DNA of 64,000 nt, from assembly GCA_964035575.1 (NCBI GenBank), contig OZ037845.1:1178001-1242000 (forward strand), given 5' to 3'. Source of the stretch: Rhynchopus sp. YZ270_cl-10 (lineage: Eukaryota). Positions within the stretch are counted from its first letter, which is position 1, and each line of letters opens with the position of its first letter. Shown piece after piece: positions 35,968 through 47,782 of the stretch. The notes below the pieces were generated by a model that worked only from the letters and a program-made list of their open reading frames with translations, did no database searches and was not told the origin of the DNA. The position numbers and the translations under genes were made by a program.

Positions 35968-37445
35968 GAGTTTTCGTTGTGAAAGGATGATGCTGGTGCA
36001 TTCGGTGAATGGGTGGATGTGGGTGTTGTCGTCACTTTTTTTTCGTATTGAAATTTCTTGTTTGTGTTATCTATCTGAGTAAGAACATGAGCCTCGGCAT
36101 CGTACAACTTTTATCAGTTTCACTACTTCGGCGTTGTAGCCATGTGCACAGCGTCTGTTTTACTTTTTGTCACACCTTGCCTATTTGCAGGGTACACGGG
36201 ATCGAGGAATTTTTTGTTTATTGTCGACTCTTTTCTATTTCAAACCCTGTGATGCATTCTGCACACAGGGCTTTGAGAAAAGGTTTTGTGTTCCCTCACG
36301 TGTTTCTATTGCTTTTTTGAAAGAATAATATCATTATTTATGGGTCAACTGGTTTGCAATGTTAACCAGTTGAGTGGCTTCCTTCGTGCACATCTCTCTT
36401 TTCTTGTGTTTTTTGGTATTGCACATTGATGTGTCGCAACGCACTGAGCAGAGTGCGTATTGGTGTACTTATTGCAATTGACTGGTTTTGTATGCCTTCT
36501 GAGATGCTGGACGTCTCAATTTGTCTGCATGTGGTCCCGTCACTGCAAATAGTATTACTGCACCACGAGTCCTGAGCTTGTGCGGAGGAGTCACGTTTTT
36601 GCGAAGAGCTGCTTGAGAAGTACGCCGACATTATATGTCCACGAGACACACTGAATGGCGGCACGCTTCTCTCTGCTCCTTTTCGCAAATATCCCAGCAC
36701 CCCTTTTTGGTTTGCTCCCCATTTCCCATTTTCCCCGATTTCTTGATGAATTGTGTGCACATCCTGGGCACATAACCTGTTTCAAGTTGTCATTCTTTTA
36801 GCTTCCTCCCAAGATCTGATGGTGTGTACCCCTGCACACCTTCTGCCCCTTCTTCTCTACCCTGTTTTCTAACGTTCTGTGGACCAGTCACATGGTGCAG
36901 GTTGCGGATACGTATCTTCTTAGATACCCATCCTGCACCTGGTTCAGAGGATATCTTATTTTCTACCTTTATCGACAATGTGTGTGAACGTGAGTTCCAT
37001 TCATGTTCGATGTGAAGATGGAGATGCATGCACAAGCAACACTCATCTTTGTGGTTTCTTTTACCTGTTTCTTTCTTTTTCTGACAACGTATATTGAAAG
37101 TGACTGAGCACGAGAGGCTTTCGTCACCTTTTTCAAACGTTCCATTCTTTTCTTGCATGTGTCTGTATCCAACAGGCGTCTGCACGGTTCCTTCATTTTA
37201 TTTTTTTGGACATTTCTAGTTCCGGGATTGCTGTGAGCCCCACAAGGTACGTAGAACACGATCTGATAAACGAACAACACCCACCATCCTTGTTTTTCTT
37301 CTCTCTCCCTCATTCCTTGATGTTCTTCGCAGCATCCCATCCCATCCCATTCCAATACTGACACGCAGTGCAGTTTCAATTCACCACCACACACAGATAT
37401 TATTACATTCACACAACAACGAACAAAACACCAAAACCACCCAAG

Positions 37446-38147
37446 ATGCCGACCGGAATCCTGAACTCACACGACTTCTCGCAGCCTTGCCGCTCTGTTT
37501 CGTGGTTTGCTGCCTACGCGAAGTCTGATGTTGAGCTGCGCACGGTTGAGATGCTGAAGGGGGAGCAGAAGCACCCCGACTACGTTGCGAAGTTCCCTGC
37601 CGGCCAGATCCCGTCGTACGAGGAGGGCGACTTCTTCCTGGAGGAGAGTGCTGCGATCCTGCAGTACCTTGCTGAGGGACACGCCATTGTGCCGAAGGAC
37701 AAGAAGCAGCAGGCGAAGGTGATGCAGTTTGTGGCACGGAACCTGGCCAGAGTGCGCAAGATCAGCGGCGAGGTTGTGACCCACTGCTTCTTTGCGTCTG
37801 CCGAGGAGTTCCCCGCCCTGCTCAAGGCAGGCATCGAGAAGGTCACCCCGACCCTGCAGCTGTACGACACCCTCCTCTCGAAGCAGAACTTCGTGGCTGG
37901 GGACGACATCTCGATTGCGGACTTCCTGTTCGCACCTGAGGTGGACCAGCTCCTCCTTGTGCAGGGGAAAATTGGGAAGAACCTGCTGGAGGGATACCCG
38001 TCCATCCTTGCCTACATTGAGCGGTTGAAGTCTGTTGAGGGCTACAGTGCAAACTTCCAGAAGTCTGGTGAGTGGTTGAAGAATGCAGCAGGAATCAAGG
38101 CTGCTATTGAGGCCAAGAAGGCTGCTGCTGCTGCTGCCCAGAAGTAG
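37446..38147 (+). CDS. Glutathione S-transferase, theta-like (Ser-type)
   Basis: SQPCRSV, GQIP, ESAAILQYL and GDDISIAD motifs. Confidence 0.9.
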   Translation: MPTGILNSHDFSQPCRSVSWFAAYAKSDVELRTVEMLKGEQKHPDYVAKFPAGQIPSYEEGDFFLEESAAILQYLAEGHAIVPKDKKQQAKVMQFVARNLARVRKISGEVVTHCFFASAEEFPALLKAGIEKVTPTLQLYDTLLSKQNFVAGDDISIADFLFAPEVDQLLLVQGKIGKNLLEGYPSILAYIERLKSVEGYSANFQKSGEWLKNAAGIKAAIEAKKAAAAAAQK

Positions 38148-38400
38148 GGAGGTAACAAGGGTGCTCAGACTGGAATTTCACTTCATTTTTCTCATTATTT
38201 CTCTTTTTCTTGTCTTTTTTGGGATTTCATTATCCCACGCTAGTCTCTTTTCAAGAAAACATCCCAACGCTGTTTTTTTGGGATTTTTCTCTCGTTCCTA
38301 TCTCCGCCCTAACTCCACTTTTGTTTCTGTTTTCACTTTTTTTCTTCAACTCTTTTGATCAGACGTGTGTGGCCCCAAGTCCAAGTGTGGTCCGTTCGTC

Positions 38401-38495
38401 TTTGTTTGTTTGTTTGTTTGTTTGTTTGTTTGTTTGTTTGTTTGTTTGTTTGTTTGTTTGTTTGTTTGTTTGTTTGTTTGTTTGTTTGTTTGTTT
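38401..38495. repeat. (TTTG)n microsatellite
   Basis: Perfect tetramer array of about 23 units. Confidence 0.97.
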
Positions 38496-38908
38496 CGAGG
38501 ATCAGCAGTGGGAACGGAAAGGAAGGTAACGTGATGTGGCACCCAATATGAAGTGCTGTCACGTTTCCCCTCTCCCCACCCTGCTAACCTCGACATGGTT
38601 TGTGGTTTCTGCACAAGGAGGTGACCGGGCGTGTCTGTCGTGTGTGTCAACAGCGACTGTGCAGTTGCTCGCTTTTCTGTGAGCTTTGCCTTTCTCTGCA
38701 ACATACCAATGAAAATGGCACGCCCGAACCAACCAGAAAATAATGTGCAAAAAAGTTGATAAAATAAAGACATGACGATTTCTTGTATTCTTCACAGCAT
38801 CCCATCCGTTCAGCCCCTGCTGTGCAGTTTGTCACCGCAATGCAACCTGTGCACATTCACACATCACATCACATCACATCACGATGCAGCACAACTGCAG
38901 CTTCGGAA

Positions 38909-38995
38909 GTGATGAAAACCACTGATATGCCGCCCCAGTCGGAGCTCCACGAGCGATGCCCGAATAGGCTTTACAATACCTTAGGACACCTCTGA
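38909..38995 (+). ncRNA. snoRNA block 8: single type A double-guide C/D snoRNA
   Basis: GTGATGA, guide 1, D' CGGA, guide 2, CTGA. Identical to the other A copies. Confidence 0.88.
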
Positions 38996-39125
38996 TCTCT
39001 CTTCTGCCTCGAAACACATCAAGTCTCCTGTGTCTTGAGAGGAAGTACTTCTCGCCCTTCCTTTCTCACCCAACGAAACCAACCCAACACAGATTCTCAC
39101 CACAACACCACCCTCACCACACAAA

Positions 39126-39770
39126 ATGGCACCCACCCTGAAGCTTGTCTACTTCGCCCTCCCCTCGAAGCCTGAGGCGACCCGTCTTGCCGCACACATC
39201 GGTGGCCTTGCGTTTGAGGATGAGCACATTGACTTCCCTGCCTGGGGTGGGGGTCTGAAGGCGAAGGTGGCACCGCAGCAGCTGCCGCTTCTGCACGTGG
39301 ACGGGGAGGTGGTGGGACAGAGCAACGCAATCCTGCGCTACGTCGGGAGACTGACGAACCTGTACCCCAAGGATGCACGTGCGGCGCTGAGTGTGGACGA
39401 GATCATTGACTACGCAGATGAGCTCTTCACAGTTCTGCGCAAGTCGTTTGAGATCAAGGACGAGGATGAGAAGAAGGCCTTCCGTGTGACTGCCATTGCT
39501 GAGGGTGGGGACTTCCACAAGTGGCTTGTCTTCCTGGACTCGCGTCTTGCGGCGAAGAAGTACGCTGTGGGTGACTCCCTGACAGTGGCAGACTTGGTCA
39601 TCTTCACATATGCACAGTTCCTTGTGTCTGGGTTCCTTGACGGTGTCCCGTCGGACGCACTGGTGTCGTTCAAGAACCTTGCTGCACACAAGGCTGTGGT
39701 TGCAAACCACCCGAAGGTGAAGGAGTACTACGCGTCTGCGGAGGGCCTCCGTGCTGTTTTGAAGGCATGA
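39126..39770 (+). CDS. Glutathione S-transferase, divergent paralogue of copies 1-3
   Basis: Same length (214 aa) and mostly identical, but with canonical QSNAIL and a different central helix. Confidence 0.92.
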   Translation: MAPTLKLVYFALPSKPEATRLAAHIGGLAFEDEHIDFPAWGGGLKAKVAPQQLPLLHVDGEVVGQSNAILRYVGRLTNLYPKDARAALSVDEIIDYADELFTVLRKSFEIKDEDEKKAFRVTAIAEGGDFHKWLVFLDSRLAAKKYAVGDSLTVADLVIFTYAQFLVSGFLDGVPSDALVSFKNLAAHKAVVANHPKVKEYYASAEGLRAVLKA

Positions 39771-40280
39771 GCTGTTTTGTGTCTTGGGGCCTTTTGGTGA
39801 TGTCTGCGACTTTAACTTCGACTTTCATATTTTTTGGGCAGGGTCGGGAAGGAAGGATGGGATGTACCATGTGTCGTCCACTTCCTTCGCACCCTGTGCA
39901 ACACTTGTTATTGTGGAGACATTGAGCTAGCTTTGTTCTCCACACCTTGGGTTTTCTTATCGTGTGTGCGTCCACGAGGCGTCTGCACGTTACCGTTCAC
40001 AACTTTGCTTTCCTTTTTTACTGTGTTTCCAAAACACATCTTCTCTTCGCCAGCTTACTCCTTTTGCTTTATTTGGGTTTTTCTTCTACCTTTTGGTGCG
40101 GCTTTTGCCTTCCCCCTTATGATGTGTTTGACATCAGAAAGGGGAAGCGGAAGATACCAAGAGCGACGAATTGTTTCTCCACACTTTTCTTCACGTCACA
40201 AAGTGATGTACAAAACAAACGACACCAACCCCCATGTTTTGATACTCCATTACTTCATTGCGACCACTGCAGCTTCGGAA

Positions 40281-41171
40281 GTGATGAAAACCACTGATAT
40301 GCCGCCCCAGTCGGAGCTCCACGAGCGATGCCCGAATAGGCTTTACAATACCTTAGGACACCTCTGATCTCTCTTCTGCCTCGAAACACATTGACACGAA
40401 AACATGATGAAAACCTTTTAATTGTCAGTGCTGGCACCAATGTGAGTCTCGACCATGAGCACATACTTTAACCGCTTTGTCTGAAATACTTCTGTTCCCC
40501 ACCTTTCCACCCCTCCTCTGTTGTGCATGATGAAATCCTGGAACCGCCCTAGCCAAGCCGAAGCAACGCTGTGGATACATTCCAACCTCACCTGACTGCT
40601 GACACAACACAAACCACCCACCACAATTTCCTTCTCTTCTTGAGTGATGAAACATTACGCACATTTGACTAGAGTCTCGGACAGCACAGCTGCATGACCG
40701 AGTAAAGCAACATACTCATTGATTCTGACATATCTTGCTGAGCACACTTCCGTCTCCACACAGCAACATGATGCACAAACACAACCATTCGGCCAGAGGT
40801 GGCCAACAAAGTCACGGCACCCTCGGTGGGGCTTGAAAAATTATGTCAAACTCAACAGGTCTGATTGTTGCTGCTCTCCTCTTTTGAACACAACCACTTC
40901 ACATGACACCACACACAGCGAGCATGATGACAAAACTTCTTGGCAGCACCGCAAGCTGCTCCCAATACACCTCTCAGGAGGATATGAGGGTTGGTCTTTC
41001 TTTCGCCCCTAGCTGACTCCACAACCTGTGCACATTCACACATCACATCACATCACGATGCAACACACAACTGCAGCTTCGGAAGTGATGAAAACCACTG
41101 ATATGCCGCCCCAGTCGGAGCTCCACGAGCGATGCCCGAATAGGCTTTACAATACCTTAGGACACCTCTGA
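40281..41171 (+). ncRNA. snoRNA block 9: A (40281-40367), B (40404-40484), C (40527-40602), D (40644-40728), E (40768-40864), F (40924-41016), A (41085-41171)
   Basis: Seven C/D units showing the full cyclic order A-B-C-D-E-F-A. Confidence 0.88.
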
Positions 41172-41312
41172 TCTCTCTTCTGCCTCGAAACACATGAATG
41201 CTATTTAGATTGAGGAGCTGTTGATGTGATGGAAGGAGCGACACCTCGTACCCCACAAACACACCACACCAACAGACACACTATTATCCTTTCCCTTTCC
41301 ACTCACACCCAA

Positions 41313-41792
41313 ATGTCTCTGTCCAGACGTGAGGAACACGCACACACGACAGCATGCTCTGATCTGGTGAACCCCGTGGACGAGTTTGCACCCGGACAGG
41401 TGCTGCGGAAGGGACGGCGCGGGGACGGGGAGCGGTGCTACCTTGTTGCGTGGCGTGGTGCGGAGGGGCTGTGCACGTGGGAGACGGAGACTGTGCTTGA
41501 GGATGCAGGACACGTGCAGCTGTTGCGTGTTGGCAGTGCAGGTGCAGGTGTGGCGCTTGGTGTTGGGGATGTGGAGACACAGGACACACACAGCAGCAGA
41601 CGGCGGCAGCGTGCGACGGGGTGTGTGAAGCCGGCACGGAGTGGACCGATGATGCGGGTGGGGTTGGGTGGACAGATGCGCGAGGGTGTGTTGCGGACAC
41701 TCCCACAGAACAAGCCTGTGCCACGTGTTGCGAAGGGGGAGAAGACGAAGGTGAAGCGTCTGCGTGACGAGTGGCGTGTGTCGCGATGCTGA
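41313..41792 (+). CDS. Small chromodomain-like protein
   Basis: EFAPGQVLRKGRRGDGERCYLVAWRGAEGLCTWETETVL resembles the chromodomain consensus (YLVKWKG...TWEPExNL). Basic C-terminus, intronless. Confidence 0.6.
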   Translation: MSLSRREEHAHTTACSDLVNPVDEFAPGQVLRKGRRGDGERCYLVAWRGAEGLCTWETETVLEDAGHVQLLRVGSAGAGVALGVGDVETQDTHSSRRRQRATGCVKPARSGPMMRVGLGGQMREGVLRTLPQNKPVPRVAKGEKTKVKRLRDEWRVSRC

Positions 41793-42155
41793 GGTGCATG
41801 TGAGGCACATCTGTTCTGTCTGACCTGCTTCAGGCAACCCTAACCTTTTATTGCTTTTATTGATTTACTTTTCAAGAAACACTTTGGCTGGAACATGTGT
41901 ACTGCACGTGTTGGCAGCTCTCTTGTCCTTCTTCTTTTGTTCATGTGCACATGAATGTTTGCTTCATGTAAATGCAGAGATGTACCAAAACAGTCTGTCA
42001 AGCGGCTTTCTATCCACAGCTGCAGGACACTGTCTTGTGCATCTGTATTCTATTTAAACGAACACACAATTCATTCACCCATTTCCCCCTTTTCCCCCTT
42101 TTCTTTCTCCAATTCCTGCCCTGTTGTGGTTGTGCAGTTTACCCCACACACGTTC

Positions 42156-42934
42156 ATGATGACCTTAAATGACTCCTGAAGGCACGCCCCAGCAAGGCGT
42201 GTCCTGTGTTGACATAGATTATGAGTCTCAAAGTGCAGGATCAGCCATCTGACTACGACTGCTTGCTGTGTCTTGTTGTGAAGTTGAACCGCCGCCCGCA
42301 CAGGGAAGGTGCTGTAATGTGCACTCTATCCCTAGTCTAGGTGGGCGCAGATGCTCCTCTCTCCACCACATGCTGTTGTGCACAGCACAGCACAGCACAC
42401 TTCTTTCTCCACCCGATGATGATAAACTTGGCATTTGGATTGAAGCCTCGGCTGTTGAAACCAAAACCTTTCTACCTTAACATATCTTGCTGAGCACACT
42501 TCCGTCTCCACACAGCAACATGATGCACAAAACACAACCATTCGGCCAGAGGTGGCCAACAAAGTCACGGCACCCTCGGTGGGGCTTGAAAAATTATGTC
42601 AAACTCAACAGGTCTGATTGTTGCTGCTCTCCTCTTTTGAACACAACCACTTCACATGACACCACACACAGCGAGCATGATGACAAAACTTCTTGGCAGC
42701 ACCGCAAGCTGCTCCCAATACACCTCTCAGGAGGATATGAGGGTTGGTCTTTCTTTCGCCCCTAGCTGACTCCACAACCTGTGCACATTCACACATCACA
42801 TCACATCACATCACACCACGATGCAACACACAACTGCAGCTTCGGAAGTGATGAAAACCACTGATATGCCGCCCCAGTCGGAGCTCCACGAGCGATGCCC
42901 GAATAGGCTTTACAATACCTTAGGACACCTCTGA
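42156..42934 (+). ncRNA. snoRNA block 10: G (42156-42252), H (42290-42354), I (42416-42493), E (42520-42617), F (42677-42769), A (42848-42934)
   Basis: Near-identical to block 5. Confidence 0.85.
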
Positions 42935-43068
42935 TCTCTCTTCTGCCTCGAAACACATCAAGTCTCCTGTTTCTTGGGTTGAGAGGCAACACCACTCCTC
43001 TCCTCTCCCAGACAACCCTCCACACAGATTCTCAACAACACACCACAACACCACCCTCACCACACAAA

Positions 43069-43713
43069 ATGGCACCCACCCTGAAGCTTCAGTACTTCGG
43101 CGTCCCCGCGAAGCCTGAGGCGACCCGTCTTGCCGCACACATCGGTGGCCTTGCGCTTGAGGATGAGCACATTGACTTCCCTGCCTGGGGTGGGGGTCTG
43201 AAGGCGAAGGTGGCACCGCAGCAGCTGCCGCTTCTGCACGTGGACGGGGAGGTGGTGGGACAGCACAGCGCAATCCTGCGTTACGTTGCGAAACTCGCGA
43301 ACCTGTACCCCAAGGATGCACGTGCGGCGCTGAGTGTGGACGAGACGATTGACTACGCAGATGAGATCTTCGTGATTCTGACCAAGTTGTTTTTCATCCA
43401 GGACGAGGACGAGAAGAGGGTGGCCCGCTGCACTGCCATTGCTGAGGGTGGGGACATCCACAAGTGGCTTGTCTTCCTGGACTCGCGTCTTGCGGGGAAG
43501 AAGTACGCTGTGGGTGACTCCCTGACAGTGGCAGACTTGGTCATCTTCACGCAGGTGCACTTCCTTGTGTCTGGGTTCCTTGACGGTGTCCCGTTGGACT
43601 CACTGGTGTCGTTCAAGAACCTTGCTGCACACAAGGCTGTGGTTGCAAACCACCCGAAGGTGAAGGAGTACTACGCGTCTGCGGAGGGCCTTCGCACTGT
43701 CTTCAAGGCATGA
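43069..43713 (+). CDS. Glutathione S-transferase, copy 3 (protein identical to copies 1 and 2)
   Basis: Same translation with a few synonymous changes. Confidence 0.9.
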   Translation: MAPTLKLQYFGVPAKPEATRLAAHIGGLALEDEHIDFPAWGGGLKAKVAPQQLPLLHVDGEVVGQHSAILRYVAKLANLYPKDARAALSVDETIDYADEIFVILTKLFFIQDEDEKRVARCTAIAEGGDIHKWLVFLDSRLAGKKYAVGDSLTVADLVIFTQVHFLVSGFLDGVPLDSLVSFKNLAAHKAVVANHPKVKEYYASAEGLRTVFKA

Positions 43714-44223
43714 GCTGCTTTGGGCTGACATTGACTTCCTTTCACTTTGATACATTCGTTTTACATGTTTTCTTTACTTCGATTTTCTTGTTTTTTGACT
43801 TGACTGGGTTGGGAGGAATGCATGTGCAATCTTTTGCAGTTCGCTCTGCACAACGGGTGTTCTTCAACCCATTGCATTTGTGTTCTGTTCTCATCCCGTC
43901 TGTTTTGTTGAACGGCTCATGTTGCAATTGTGTGTGATCTGTGTGTTGCACACGAACGTAATTATTGTTGCAAACATGAGTTTTGTTCTTCACATTTTGT
44001 TGCTCTCCTCTTCCGTTCCACGTCCACAAGACGTCTGCACGGTTACAACTTTCTTTACTTTCTTTGCTTTCTTTGTGTGTCCATACACACAACTAACTTC
44101 GACAGCTTACTTCTTTTTCGATTTCAACTTTTTTTTTGGTTTGGTTTCTTTCACTGATCCAGATGACACCAACAAAGAAACGACACGAACTTCCCTTTTT
44201 TCCCTTCTGAACATCGACACGAA

Positions 44224-44282
44224 ATCATGAAAACCTTTTAATTGCACTGGCACCAATGCGTCTCTACCAGCACATACTTTCC
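44224..44282 (+). pseudogene. Decayed type B snoRNA (block 11)
   Basis: Alignable to B (AAAACCTTTTAATTG, CTGGCACCAATG, AGCACATACTTT), but box C is broken and box D is missing. Confidence 0.7.
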
Positions 44283-44313
44283 TAAACACCCCACACACCC
44301 CACTACAGGCACA

Positions 44314-47300
44314 ATGTATGCGGGTGGCTTTGCGACCCCAGCGGGCCGCCCTGTCAAGACATGGGAAGTAGTTGACGGGAGGAGGTCTGTGAGTGCGGAT
44401 GACGCGAAGCAGAGGAAGAGTCAGGCGCCGCCACACTTGGGTGGGCTGACGAGCAAGCGGGGGTTGCGGACGACGCACAGCAACGAGTCTGCGATTATGT
44501 CTGTGCATAGCATGGATCCTGGGCAGAGTGGTGTCATGCGCCGCAGCGGCTTCGGAGGGATGTGGGGCCCGAAGCTGCACGACCCCGCAAACCAGTCTGC
44601 CTTCGTCATCCCCGACACCACACCACGCAACGGACGCCAGTCCGCCACCCCCTCCGCAGGCCCAGGCCCCAGCGCACGCGGCACCTCACCCCAATGGTCT
44701 GCAGGCCTCCGCCCCTCCAACCGTGCCCCCTCCCCCAGCCAGTACACAGCGAAGCCCCTGCACGACCCAGTCCCAGTGCAGCGCAAGGCACCCCCTCTCA
44801 GCAAGGCGCCCGACGCATACATCTCGCGCAAGACCTTCCGCAGTGAGGTGCACGAAAAGCTGTACCAGCAGGTATGTATCAGGGTGACATTCCAGCAATT
44901 TGTCAAATGGTGTTTTTTGTGGGGAAAACCAGTGTTTCCGCGACCCAAAAATCGGACGAAGTTCGTCCGGTAGGGAAAAAAAAAAAAAAAACTGCCGGAC
45001 GAAGTTCGTCCGGACGAAGTTCATCCGGGGAGTGGGAAAAATGGGTGGGGAGAGGGCCCGGGGTACATTGTAAAGTGGACGAGTGGGGTGCGGCCCCGCA
45101 GGGGACGCACCCCACCCCGTATAGAAAAATAAAGGCCTCCCCTCTTTGGCGTCGCGCAGATCTGCGGCCGCACTTATGGTATCCCCCTCTATCATTCCCC
45201 TCAAACCCTTTGCGGGTTTGCGCACGGAGTACAGCATTGAACAGCTAGGCAGATTGTACGACCAGTTCTTCACCCCCCACAAACTGTCCTACATGGGGAT
45301 GCGCTGAAGCCGGTGTACAGCGACACCGCTGAAGGGAAGCAGTTCCAGACAACCAGTATTGTGCAGGGGGTTGGATTCAGTGACCTGTTGGCAGAGTGGC
45401 AAGAGCTCAAGTCGGTGTTGAGGGTGTGCACCTCAATGACAACTCTTCATGACGTTCTGATGTATGTTGAGCTCAATGAGGAAGGTGACACCGAGTACCC
45501 TCAGATGAGGACGTTACTCCGTCTCTTGTTCACTCTTCCTGTGGGTACAAGCACAGCTGAGCGCTTATTCCACCACCCGCCACGCTTTGTTTTCGAGTAT
45601 CTCGTAACGTGAGTTTCTCACCTGTTGTGTCTCACGAAAGACCGTGAGGCGAGACAACTCCGCCGGAGGCCCCCGACCCGGCGCGCGAAGCGCGCCGGGC
45701 TCGACCTGTATTGTGTTAAGCACTAGTAAAAAAATTTTTTTTGGGGGGAAAAAAAAACTCGTCCGCCCCCTTCGAAAACACCGGAAGAACGCGGAAACCC
45801 TGGGGAAAACGAAGAAGAAAAAAAAACAACCACACAGGCCGCGAATGGGAACTGTGCGGGTGGTAAGTACGGTACCCGTCAGCGTGATGAAGAGGTGCAG
45901 TTCCGCAACCGTCTGCGTCCGGACTCGAAGCGTACCCCTGTGGACCTCTCAGACACAAGCATCCGCTCGCAAACTGCAGTGCGCACACGGCGGTCTGCCT
46001 GCGACTGGGGTGCAGGCGGCATGGTATGTAGCTTCACACCCCCACGCCCACCCACCCACCCACCCAACCCTCCGCAGAGAAAAGACGCATGGGAGTGGGA
46101 AAACCCCTACAAAAAGCAGTCCTTCGTGCGCCGCAAGACGCCTAACCAAAACCAAACAGTGTTCGCAGAAAACGGGGAGAAGGAGGTGGTGTGGGATAAG
46201 TTGTACGTTGCGGGGGGGAAGCAGAAGGCGGACCAGAAACAGCGTATTGCGGATGCACGACGCACTTGCAGAGATGTGACGAAGAGAAGCAAAACCAGCA
46301 CCTGCTATGATCTGGCGTATAGCACCTTTGGCGACAAGAAAAGTCGAAGCCAGCTGTCGCGGACACGCGACAAGGTGGTGAACAACAACCGACCCACTGA
46401 CCCCACACAACTCAAGACGGACGGCAACCCTTTCGACCGTCTCTACGGAGGACGCACTGGGCACACCAAGCCTACTGTCTTGGCTTTAACGGAGCCGAAA
46501 CCACAGTCATTCCGACCAAAGAAACGCATTTACCAATATGACGAAAAACGCCCCCCACGACCATGGCACCACAAACGCTCACACAGCTCGCATGACTACA
46601 GCTCTGACACGACACCGATCCCACGATCAAAGGGTGAGCGGTCCTACTCTACCCCACCGACACAGGAACATCGCCATCACGATCATCACGATCATCAGGA
46701 CCGTTCTGTGTCTCCGGTGTCGGAGAAGGCAATCAGCCGGGTGCCCAGTCTTGATGTTGCTCGGGTTCACCCGGAACGCCACCAGGCAGAGCAAGAGAAC
46801 ATGCGGTATTCGTACCACAACTCCTCGCATTACTCTGTAGGCAGTAGCGACAAAGGGCACGACGTCACCATGCTCGACCCCGAGGAGCCAGAAGAGTTCG
46901 AAGGAGAGACCCACCTCCTTGATGAGACCACCATCACAGAGTCTGCGCGGAACCATTACGGGTATGATGGGTTTGCTCGGCCTCCTACTGAAAAGGTGTT
47001 TGACAGTGTGAATGATGAGGTGGAGCAGCAGAAGCGGAGGAAACGGGCTGAAGAGGAGGAAAACCAACGGGAATTAGAGCGGTTGAGGGAGGAGAGAGAC
47101 CGGAAGTCGGTGCAGGTGTTGGCGCGGGTGAAGGAGTTGGAGGGGGGTGGGAAGAAGGCTGAGAAGCCGTTTAACTTTAGCAGTATACAGCCAACAAAGC
47201 CTACAAGACCTGCTCCACAGTCGCATGCAAGCGAGATTGACCAGCTGTATGGCAACGGCCACACCACCACCACTACCACCACCACCAGCACCGCAAACGG

Positions 47301-47595
47301 AAGAGGTCCTGCGCACCGTGCGAACCCGCCCCCCAACCTCATGGCCACCCCACCACGCGTTGCCGCCCACTTCACCCCCTCAGAGGACGCAGTGCCCAAC
47401 GCATACGAAGCGCGCGACTCTCGTCCCCTCCCCAAGCCACAAGAGTTTGGAATGAAACCAAACTCCCTAGTAGTCCGTGCAAATGTTCCCATCAAAAGCT
47501 CCGGCATCGGAGCAGGTGCATCTGGTTCAACAAAAGTTGCCGGTGGAGGAAGCCTCTGGCCCGAATCTGACAGCGAAGAAGACCTCGCGAGATAA
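44314..47595 (+). CDS. Low-complexity protein of unknown function; exons 44314-44871, 45838-46023, 46078-47595
   Basis: GTATGT donor at 44872 and CACACAG acceptor at 45837 join two ORFs in phase 0. A probable in-frame 54-bp intron lies at 46024-46077. Confidence 0.72.
44930..45802 (+). mobile_element. Internally deleted hAT transposon inside an intron
   Basis: TIRs CAGTGTTTCCGCG / CGCGGAAACCCTG, 8-bp TSD GGGAAAAC (44922-44929, 45803-45810). Carries a hAT C-terminal dimerisation fragment YPQMRTLLRLLFTLPVGTSTAERLF in 45313-45612. Confidence 0.92.
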
Positions 47596-47641
47596 TCTGA
47601 AATAATTTAAGGGGGGAATTGGGAGGGGGGAAGGGGGGGAG

Positions 47642-47782
47642 CACGGAGGACTAGTCAGAGAAGACTACTAGTCGTGCTACTCGTCCAAATGACTAGTATT
47701 TTACAACTAGTGTTACACCAGTAACACCACCAGTGTAGCACTAGTCGTTACGACTAGTAGTTCACCTGACCAGTCCGCCGTG
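47642..47782. mobile_element. CACTA/CMC-like MITE with repeated ACTAGT motifs
   Basis: CACGGAGGACTAGTCAG / CTGACCAGTCCGCCGTG termini, flanked by AG on both sides (2-bp TSD). Confidence 0.65.
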
